From assembly GCF_902652985.1 (NCBI RefSeq), contig NC_047025.1, positions 20,088,001-20,152,000 on the forward strand: a DNA stretch of 64,000 nucleotides, read 5' to 3'. This document shows, piece after piece, positions 53,997-64,000 of the stretch. The stretch comes from Pecten maximus. Its lineage: Eukaryota. Position numbers and translations under genes: made by a program. The notes under the pieces were generated by a model that saw only the letters and a program-made list of their open reading frames with translations, made no database searches and was not told the DNA's origin. The first letter of the stretch is position 1. Every line of letters starts with the position of its first letter.

Positions 53997-54744
53997 CTCA
54001 GTTGAATAAACCTCGCGGTTGGTGAAAAAGCGTCTAACTAACTCTAAAACATTCAATAGACTAAGATTCTCGTAGTATTCTAATTATAAAATAGCATTGT
54101 TTGTTATCCGGAAACTGCAACTTTCAATATATAATCAATGATACCATTATACCTAATGCACAACTGTCTTATACAACTAATGAATTATTATTAAAGATTT
54201 TTGTTTGTCTAATTTATTATTTAAATATGAACAGATTCCCTCATCAAAATTTAGTTTATAAAAACAAATAACGGATTACTTCCCCTGACGTCAAACTATT
54301 CAGCATCTGTTGCAGCCGGATTGCAGCCATGAAACAGTTGCCAGATCGTTTCGCTTCATGTATTATGCTTGTCGTAGTAAGAAGTTGATGATGTAAAAGA
54401 CAGTATCTGGTGTATGGATTGCACATATACGTACTGATAAACTTAAAAGTCATTCTATTGCACAGAATGTGAATGATAGTTATTTTTTTTAGAATCGAGA
54501 CAAGTACAATGCACATATATGTAGGGAATTGTGTGGCTTTGACCAAATCTTTTCGAAGTGCATGGACCTATTACGATTGGTGCACATGTTTGAAGAAATG
54601 TCAAAGGAAGAACTAATGGTAAGATGACCTAGATTTTACATTTGTATACATGTATACTAGGACTTTCACTTTGTAATCTATAGGAATTAAGCTTAGATTG
54701 GTAAACATTGCGATATATCTAGGCACTTATTTCTTTATCCACTG

Positions 54745-54985
54745 AAGGCTGCCCTGCAGGTAGGATGTAAGAGTTGTACCTGCTGCCCCCATTGTATGAT
54801 TGTAAGAGATGACTTAATCAGGGTAACTTTCTTCTTCTAATGGCTTCCTTGACACCGCTCCACTTTTGGCCTTTAGTTGAGCCTTCGCCACTTTGATGAA
54901 GGCTTTTGGTTCTATCCCCTGGTTGAGACATACCAGAGTCTATAAAAATTGTAGTTGCTACTTCTGCTTAGCGCTCAGCATATTT
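54745..54985 (+). mobile_element. Probable tRNA-derived SINE remnant
   Basis: B-box-like GGTTCTATCCC at about 54908 followed by CATACCAGAGTCTATAAAAA...TGCTTAGCGCTCAGCA. Recognised by resemblance only. Confidence 0.4.
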
Positions 54986-54997
54986 TTGGGAATTGGA

Positions 54998-55087
54998 TAA
55001 TCCAAGTTTCTTCTTGCCCGACACCATATCTGGTGTAGGGGCCCTACACCAGACATGCGGTGTAAGGGCCAGAGGAAACTCGGGCTA
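54998..55087. mobile_element. Third copy of the hairpin mini-element, about 90-bp extended palindrome
   Basis: Right arm GGGCCAGAGGAAACTCGGGCTA is intact. The centre TCTGGTGTAGG-GG-CCCTACACCAGA is itself palindromic. Confidence 0.7.
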
Positions 55088-55110
55088 CATGCCAATGTTT
55101 TCAAATAAAA

Positions 55111-55957
55111 TTTTTCGGTCACCTGAGACGAAGCTTCAAGTGGCTTATTCTTATCGCCTTTTGTCTGTCTTCATGCGTCGTTTGTTTGAAATTAATTTAC
55201 GTTTTCAACTTCTTTTCAATAACCTAGAGGCTTAGAGACCTGATATTGGCTCTATAGCATGCTGGGGTGAAGGGCTATCAAGAGTGTTGAAATAAATTAC
55301 CTTGACCTTTATTCAATGTCACAGGGGTAAAATATGCTCAAATATTTAAACAGCTTCTTCTCATTAACTAAAAAGGGCTAGAGACCTGATAATGGGCCTA
55401 TAGCATGATGGGTGAAGGGCTATCAAGATTATTCAAATGACCTTGACATTCATTCAAGCTCACTGGAAAATTTCTGTAAATGACTTCTTTTCACTAACCA
55501 AGAGGCCTAGAGAATTGAAATTGGCCCTATAGCAAGGTGGGTTTGAAGGGCTATCAAGATTGTAAATATATGAACGACCTGGACCTTCATTCAAGTTTAC
55601 AAGAGTAAAATATGCGAAAATCTTTAAACTAATTCTTCTAATTAAGCAAAAGACTCAGAAATCTGATATTGGGCCTGTAGCATACTGGGGTGAAGGGCTA
55701 TCAAGATTGTTCCAATAAATGACCTTAAGCTTCATTCAAGGTCACAGGGGTCAAATATGCTAAAAATTTTAAACGACTTTTCATTAAGCAAGATGTCCAG
55801 AGGCCTAATATTGAGCTTGAAGCATGCTAGGGTAAAGAGATATCAAGATTGTTGAAATGAATAACCTTGAACTTCATTTAAGGTCACAGGAATCAAATCT
55901 GCCAAAATATATCAAAACTAAGGGGCTGTTCAGGTCCATGGGCCTCTTGGTTTTTTT
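55111..55957 (+). mobile_element. Older Helentron-type non-autonomous element (HINE-like) with degenerate internal repeats
   Basis: Starts TTTTCGGTCACCTGAG, repeats GAAGGGCTATCAAGA...GACCTT units, ends CAGGTCCATGGGCCTCTTGGTTTT. Confidence 0.75.
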
Positions 55958-56104
55958 TGTCATAAAAACAATGGTCACACTGGTGAACTACTTTCTGCTT
56001 TTACCTTTTTTGTACAACCAAAGGTTTATTTCTATTTACAGACTGAAATCTGACCCTGTCACTGACTCTGGTGCTGGCATCAATTTTTCTGTAATAAGTC
56101 AAAT

Positions 56105-59100
56105 ATGGATGACTCAGGTCAAGAAGATCAACAGGCCCGTCAGAGCTTCATGGTCAAGTCAGTGTCAGGAGAGTTTGAAAGTAATGACCACGTAGAAGAG
56201 ACAGAGATGACCACTCCCCTGACTTTATTCACTGATGACATCACACCAGTAGGAGATCGGGATCATTCCCTTGACCACCTGGCATTCCTTCCCCGTGGTG
56301 ACCAGAGGACATCATGTCATGGTTAAGGCTTCTTCTCAAATGATTAAAAGTCAATGTAACAAAACCTCATTCTGTAAAAGATTTATTAGTGAAGTTGCCA
56401 AAGTTTGTAACAAAAGATAAATATACAGATTAAAAATCTTTTTTTTTTTGTGTATAAATAACAAAAGTACCATGTATTATAAAAAAAAATGATTATAAAG
56501 TATCAGACAAGTGTATAAATAACAAAACTACTGTGTACTATACTAGGTGTGAATTAAAGATTATATTTTGGTGTGCCATAACTTTAATTCATGTTTGATA
56601 GCTATGATTGGAGAGCAGTATCGACGCATTGTCCAGTGGTGGCGAGGAAACTGGCATTGTCCTAAGAGAGTTACCTCCCTTTACCAAACGCTGTTTCCAT
56701 TTGGATGCAAAGATGAGATGAAAGAACAAGTCAAAATTGCCTGGCCAATTGTAAGTGATGCATTGTCATACAATAATGACATAATGTTGGAATCTAAAGA
56801 TTGTCAGACATGTGGATCATCTTTAGTCAAACATTTTAGTTTAGTGTCATTTAGATTGTTACAGGAGGCGGAAAAGCCAGAATATAAGTTTAACCCAAAT
56901 TCTTAGATAGAAACTTTAACCAATTAAATTAGTTGACCATTCAGCATTTGACCAAGTCAAGTTTAATCACACTCTAAATTCTTCCCTACAGTAACAAAGT
57001 CCTCCATCTCGACTTTAAATCTTAAAAATGGACCAAAATTATAGTTGATTTAGAAAGGATTTCAAAATTAGCAACTTTAACTTTTTAAGTCTTATTGTCT
57101 ATTAAAATTTTTTTCTAGACCCATTAATGTTAATTTTGACAATTTCCTACGTTTTCAAACTTTCTATGATAATAGCTTGTCTGATACTTTATATTTGACT
57201 TTTAGGTCGGTGTTATGGCTACTCAGTATATAAACATACTGGTCAGTCTCATTTACTGTGGTCACCTTGGCACTGCCCAACTGGCTGCTTTAGCCTTGAC
57301 CACGACAGTAAGTCAGCATGACAAAGCTATTTGTAGATGTGACGTGATTCTGTTACTGAATGTCTGCACTGTTATGTTTGAAAGCTAACAATAAATAAGA
57401 ATATCTGTCACTAATCCTAGTTTCTTGTTTATGACATTTTCATTGTATTATCAACATTTAGACAAAATTTCATTGTAAATAGAACAATTTTCACAAATTA
57501 AATTTTTTTTTCTGCATCCTTTACTTACTGGGGTATCCTTTTTTTTTTTTTAAATACCGCAGTAACAACTAAATATATATATATATATATGCACTTTATA
57601 TAGAATACTTCCTGTAAATTTAACTAGGGAAAATTAATTTTCCGCTCATTTTAGACCTTAATCATTTATAGGTCACCTAACTACATATAAAATAAACCGG
57701 GGTACTTGTTTGAAGCATTATGTAATTCAGAAATTCCAGTTAAAGGTCATATATACATTAACTTTATCGCCTTCTTTGATAAAAAAACAGACTTAATTGC
57801 ATGTATTTGTTATGATCTGATGTTGGTTACTCTCATAACTATCTCTAGGTAATGCTTGTACTTGTACTATGCATGTGAGATATGGTAATTCTTGTGATGT
57901 ACTGTAACACAGTTATGATTTGTAGGCTTGCTGTACTGTGTCTTTGATTTCATTTTATCAACATTCATGCTGAACTATTTTGTCCAGGTGATCTTTCTGT
58001 GATCACTTCAGTATGCTGGGGATAGATGGTGTTACCATGCTCAAAAGTGTAAGTTTATTAGTTGAGAGTTGTCTCCCTTAAATTATATCTCCTACACATA
58101 CAAAATGGATCTCCTTCAGGTTTCTTTGTCTTGAGTATTTCCTTTAATGTTGTAGTTATTGTAATATTGTTCACGAACAAAAATGTTGTACAGTACTTGT
58201 AAATTAATTTACAGTACACTATAATTATTTTGCCAAGGACGAATAATAGATACTATGTAATTCCCTGCATGGTTATGCACCCTTCTGTTTTTAATTGAAT
58301 ATTTTAACAATGCACACATACCATGTAATATTCACATTCATTGCACAAATGTTTGTCGTGATATAATAACATAGTATCTGACAGCTAATCACTTAATCAG
58401 CTTCAGGTATTTCCAGCTAAGTAATTTAATGCTGTTTTTGAGGCTGCAAGAGCTCGTAGTCCCCTACCGATGAAACCGGCGGAGGATTATAGATTTCCTC
58501 TCCGTCCGTGTTGACGTTTGTATGTTTGCACATATACAAGTAATACCAAAGCTTTTCAGCACTCTAGCAGCTTCATTCCTTTAGAGATTAAATTTGAATT
58601 GAACTTCAGATACTTCAGACAATCGTAAAAGACTGATATAATAACTAGAGGGGGCTGGTTGGAGACATTTATCACTTTATAATAATAGTCAGTATGCTTG
58701 TTAACTGTCATTCTTTGTCATTTGTGTTTCTATGCTATATCCTTGATACATAATACAGGTTACAACATGCTTGTATTTGTATGTTCTACATGAAAATATA
58801 CAATACTTTTTGCATAATAAATAATTATATGCCATAACATGTATCTGGCTATAATATAAAAATATGAACTATGTATACACACGTGAATCATCACATGTCA
58901 GCAGTAGTTAATATAAATGTTTGTTTGGAAATAATATTTGGAACAATATTTCAAAATCAGTTTGTTACAAGGTGCATTGTATTTAGGGAGTAATTAACCC
59001 TGCTGTGATTTGAGATGTTTTTTATTAAACTGTCAAAATTATTTTCATTGACCAATCAAATGCTGTCTTACATCTCAGATGAGTCAAAATTGTAGTGTTA

Positions 59101-62100
59101 TTCAAATCCTGTGAAATTTAGGGAGTGTATACTTGAATTCTTATCAGTGGAGTTTTTACTGAAAGCAAATATTACAAGAAATAATAGTTGTAATTATTAA
59201 CTCATTAATCCTAGTCCTGTACACAGGCAAAATTCCTTCACATGAAATTCACATGAAGGAATTTTACATGCTTGTAGATGTAGGAGAACTGAGAGTTGTA
59301 AATTTGTGTACGAATCCAAATGCATAAAGTACTATTTTTTTCTTCTGAATCAGCATCCAAGGATCATTCATAAGATTTTAATATCACATTTGAGATGTTG
59401 ACAAAAATAGATTCTGGAAGTTGGTTCAAACTTTATGAAATTGCTGTACAGTCGCAATAAATTGTTTGTCTGTATTTGTATTCAGTTTGTATTTCATATA
59501 CAACTGAAATACTGAAAGAACATTTTCAATGATAGTCAAGATTGTTCCAGGATCTCCGGCAGAAATATAATTGAATTTTTTTGTAACTGTATTAAAAAGT
59601 CTTCTGTTTCACATGTATTTAAAATGTAAAATTTAATGTTGTTTTCTGTTTTGTTTTGATGCCAGGTAATCAATGTGTCTAGTAATTCAGTTATGCTGGG
59701 ACTGGCGTCAGCTTGTGATACCCTCTTCTCTCAGGTAACTCTGGGGATTTGTTAAAGATGGCAGGGTTCACACATACATTCTCTCAAATTTTGTTCTCTG
59801 TGGAAATATTAAATATACATGTATTTCTATTTTTCCTGCATTACCAAAAAGTTAAAGGCTTTGAGTTAATGCCAAATTTGAAAAGTAATGCATTGTATAA
59901 GTAATAAAATGAGAAGACTTTTTCTGGGATTTAATTCTTACCCACAAAAAATGAGTGACCATTTTATCTTACTGTAGCAGAAACAAGCCATGAGACCAAT
60001 ATACAGATACAATTACCTAAATTACAATGTAATCTGGTGAAATAGACATCAACTGAAGGCTACACCACTAATACATGGTAGTTACCTAGGGGATATTTAT
60101 CAATTAATTATTTAAATTTGATATTCATGTTTTGTATTTTTTTGTTTTGTTTTAGACCTTTGGAAGTAAAAACAAACATCGAGTTGGTATAATAGTACAG
60201 CGAAGTAAGTAACAGGAGGGTGTCTTCACCTGTGTATAGAGACCAATGCTTCAACCAATCGTATCATTGTCTTAGACCAATGCTTCAACCAATCGTATCA
60301 TTGTCTTAGACCAATGCTTCAACCAATCGTATCATTGTCTTAGGTAAAGCTTATCAATTTAAATATTGTGAAATTATTTCATTGAAAAATATTATGATAC
60401 AGTATGTACCAATTCTGTTCCCACTTCTGAATGTACATGAATGACCATTTTTTTTATCCCACGGTCTCCTCAAGGTTAATACTGATACAGTAATCCAAAA
60501 GTCAAGAGTTGTGGACCTTGTCCACTTTGTCTAGTTTTAAAAGTTCGTCCTATAGAAACATCCAGTTTCAGATAGAACTTGATAAATATCACTCAAAAAC
60601 AAAATGGTCACAATCAGGATCTTCAGGGTGTGTGGTTTTGCGGGTGATTCTAGTTAATATTAGTAGATCAAAAATGGATTTTTTTTTTGTTTTTTAGAAT
60701 TTTCAGAAATTTAATTTCATTAAATATCCTTTCACACAGGTATCTACATTGATGGTTAGTATTTATAGAAAAACAATATCAGCCCCTACTCATACTTTAT
60801 CCAACTTTATTGATTTTCTATAAATACTTACCAGGCCTGAGTTTCATCAATGGTCCTTAACTTAAAATTTCCCAAAGCAAAGCCTTACAGAATTTAAGGA
60901 AGATTCCTAAGCTAATATTTTTTCCTTAATTACTACAATGCTTTCCTATGAACAATTTTAAGTTTAGGAAATTCCTTCAGGAACATTAATTGAACCAGGC
61001 CTGATGCAGATGCCTGTGGCTTTGATAAGTAATTGTACAGTTTCGGGGATTAAAAAGAACATGTCCTCTATCCAGGTATAGTGATCCTCAGTCTATGCTG
61101 TCTGCCTTGTTGTGCCATCCTTATCAATACTGAACATATTATGAACTACATCGGACAGGATCCACGGGTTGCCAGGTATATATATTCATCAATCTTATGC
61201 AGGAAAAACATCACAATTTCATTTCTATTTAAGAATTATTGAAAATCATTTTGATGTTATTGAAAGAAAGGTGCACTGATGTTATTGAAAGAAAGGTGCA
61301 TATATTTGTTTTATTACCTCAGCATTAAAATTAATAGTCTTGTAGCATCATCAGCTTGACTTTAGTTTAAGAGAAAACTCAAAAATATAATGTCCTTCAT
61401 AAAGTTTTACTGTAAGACCGATGTTTCTCTGACAAATGACAGGTTGAATTTACTGCAAATATTTTCTGTTTCAACGTATCCATCTTATGTGATAGAAAAT
61501 TAAGAATTTGAATTTAATTTAATTGTGATATATTTGTTGTTGTAGACTTGGAGGAAAGTATGCCTTAATATATATAGCCGGTCTACCTGTAAGTGTGATT
61601 GGCTTTTATCTTTACCTGTAAACATTAATTGTTACCACGTTTCTCATTTTACCACAATTCATTGTTTTGTATTCAAGTACATGTACGCTTGTAAGTTCCA
61701 TTTCGAGTTATTGTACTATGAACATGAGATTAATGTTATTGGATGATGTAATTCAAACTTAACTTTTAATTGTTTGGAAAAGTGGTAAAGATGTAATTTA
61801 CACTTAATTTTCATTTAGACGAGAAGTGATGATGTAATTCACACTTAATTCTTGTTTGGACAAGAAGCTATAATGTAATTCACACTTAATTCTTGTTTGG
61901 ACAAGAAGTTATGATGTAATTCACACTTAATCCTTGTTTGGACGAGAAGTAATTCACACTTATCTGGACAAAGATGATATGTATCCCTATAGACAGCTGT
62001 TTAGTCTTCCAGCAATATCATGCATGTACATTTGTATTTAGCTTTGTGCATTTCAATATGTTTCTTCAATTTCATCAAACAGCAACTTTTCAAAAAATTT

Positions 62101-63815
62101 CTGTGACGTCTACATTACTCAGTTTTCAAATTCAGCGGATATGCCTGTGCAACGTGATGTAATTAAGTATATAAAATAATAGAATATAAAGTATCAAAAA
62201 GGTAACCAGAAACGATCATGTGAGCAGTCATTGTTAAATATATATCATCCTCACCATCAAATAATCCCTTCCCCCCTCCCCACCTCCGATCATATGACTC
62301 CAAATTTTTTCTGCAAATGTGCTTCTAATAAAGATATTCTGTTTAAATCATATATATATTCTAATCTTGTGTGAAAACCAGTATTTGAGTTAGAGTCACA
62401 ACTAACAGGTACTTTCTCTATGTTTCAGGCTGTGGCCTACTCGGATATCCTGTCTAAATATCTTCAAGCTCAGGTATGAACTGAAAGGGGATACATTAAC
62501 ATATGGCTTTTAAATCATGACAATGTATTATTTGGTTCTGAATCAGAGATATAAGTTTATGATAGTGATTAACCAGTGTCCTTACGTCTGTCCAATCCAG
62601 CTTCCAATAATTTACCAGGTTGGAGAGGACGGAGCTGGCCTTAAATAGAGCAAAATTTGGTAGTCTAATTCTGTTAATTTTTTATGTCAATAAGAAGTTT
62701 AACATTTGTTTTACAACTTACAAGTTACTGTCCATATTAACATTTGTCTGTCCATGTACTCGACGAGCCCGATGTCTTTAATACCTAACAAATCTATAAT
62801 GTATTTCAGTGTATCGTGATACCAAGTCTGGTGATAGGTATAGCCGCTAACTTCCTCAACGTAGGGTTCCACGCGCTGTTTCTATTTATGATGAAACTGG
62901 ACATTGTGTGAGTACTTTTTGCCTGTAGTAGATATCATCAGTTTGTTTTGTAAAACAATGAGGAATAAAAATAAAGTACATGACCAAGAGTTTGGTTATA
63001 TTTACTGTGTTATATCTGTTAGCCCAGTGTGGAATGTAATGCATTTCACTATATTTTATAGAAATTAAAAATTCAATATGAAACCAGAGTTCCTAACAAT
63101 GGCAATGTAATTGAACTACACAATAAAAATGTGTATAGATTTATATTTAGTGTATTTTTAGGAAGGAAAAGAAAAGTGTACTTAAGAGATGGTATAAAAA
63201 TATTGGTAGTTGTAGGAGATATTAAGTACATTTTACCTGTTTATATTGGTACTTAGTACCTGATGATACTGATAATTGTGTGTACCTGGTGATTTTGATA
63301 TTCTTTTTTATAAGGAGTTTCATGTCATGGAATAATTTCATTTGACTTTGCATGTATCCTTTAAGGAGAATTTGTCGGAAGGAAAATCATTATAAATATT
63401 TGTTTCTACATGTATATTCCTATATCGAGTTGGAGTGATTACCTTGAGCTTTGACCCACTGGTCTATATTCTTGTCTAGATTATAGTGGTGCCTCTATAC
63501 CATGACCTTGACCAACTGGTCTGTATTGCTGTCTATATTGTAGTGGTGCGTCTATTTCAGTGACCTTGACCCACTGGTCTATGTTCCTGTCTATATTGTA
63601 GTGGTGCCTCTATATCAGTGACCTTGACCCACTGGTCTATGTTCCTGTCTATATTGTCGTGGTGCGTCTGTTTCAGTGACCTTGACTCACTGGTCTATAT
63701 TCCTGTCTATATTGTAGTGGTGCCTCTATATCAGTGACCTTGACCCACTGGTCTATATTCCTGCTCCATGTTACCTACATCATCATCACACGTACCTATG
63801 AGGATACCTGGACAG
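56105..63815 (+). CDS. MATE-family (SLC47-like) multidrug and toxin extrusion transporter, 3'-incomplete
   Basis: Phase-consistent exons 56105-56321, 56602-56750, 57206-57307, 59666-59734, 60156-60204, 61076-61175, 61546-61588, 62429-62473, 62810-62907, 63718-63815. They give IAWPI..CGHLGTAQLAA..GLASACDTLFSQTFGSKN..VGIIVQR..GQDPRVA..KYLQAQ..DTW. The first exon is the least certain. Confidence 0.92.
58455..58702 (+). mobile_element. Short HINE-like remnant
   Basis: TAGTCCCCTACCGATGAAACCGG..., then TCCGTCCG, ending TGCTTGTT. Same layout as the other HINE-like elements. Confidence 0.5.
60241..60343. repeat. 34-bp tandem repeat, 3 copies
   Basis: GACCAATGCTTCAACCAATCGTATCATTGTCTTA three times. 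Confidence 0.95.
61740..61972. repeat. Degenerate tandem repeat of about 40 bp
   Basis: ATGTAATTCACACTTAATTCTTGTTTGGACAAGAAG recurs 5-6 times. Confidence 0.85.
63440..63763 (+). repeat. 58-bp minisatellite built from a MATE splice acceptor plus exon start
   Basis: TCTATATTGTAG|TGGTGCCTCTATATCAGTGACCTTGACCCACTGGTCTATATTCCTG, about 5.5 copies; the last copy is the functional exon start. Confidence 0.92.
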
Positions 63816-64000
63816 GTGAGAAATAAGCACAGGTAAAAAGTCTACACGTAACCACCAAATTTCAACTTTTTTTTCTGGATGATATACAAATATACTTGAG
63901 AAATGTTGTTTTTTATTTTGAAAATTAAATGATTTATGTTTAGAAATAATATGAACAGGTAAGTGGAAGATATACTAAAACTTCTAAGTCTTACCCTTTT

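Larger units (their letters stand above)
47536..54300. repeat. Tandem segmental duplication (copy A about 47536-50581, copy B about 50682-54300)
   Basis: Both copies start AATGGATTGATGATCAGGAAATTATTTGAC and end CCCCTGACGTCAAACTATT. They are colinear apart from copy-specific insertions. Confidence 0.93.

Noticed and set aside
60832-61003. Possible old MITE with CAGGCCTG ends
   Set aside because: Inverted repeats are too degenerate and the TSD is unclear.

Overview
AT-rich, intron- and repeat-rich animal genomic DNA, probably a bivalve mollusc (inferred from repeat types, not proven); nothing looks prokaryotic. Genes: two intronless paralogs (305-790 and 11324-11803, minus strand) encoding small secreted proteins with a predicted mature N-terminal His, a second conserved His and an F[YF]QCAD[VI] C-terminus, i.e. 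LPMO-like histidine-brace proteins, separated by a 9-kb 34-bp satellite; an intronless ankyrin-repeat/SOCS-box (ASB-type) gene; a spliced CHMP1(A-like) ESCRT-III gene; MRPS17 with its first coding exon present twice in a tandem duplication; and the 5' part of a spliced MATE/SLC47 transporter. Repeats: several minisatellites, two LINE fragments, Helentron-type non-autonomous elements, hairpin elements and MITEs with readable TSDs, including a 33-bp pure-palindrome insertion whose empty site is also in the window. The most interesting candidate is the His-brace protein pair; next are the tandemly amplified splice acceptors and the nested/minimal transposons. All coordinates and counts were derived by hand and no searches were run.
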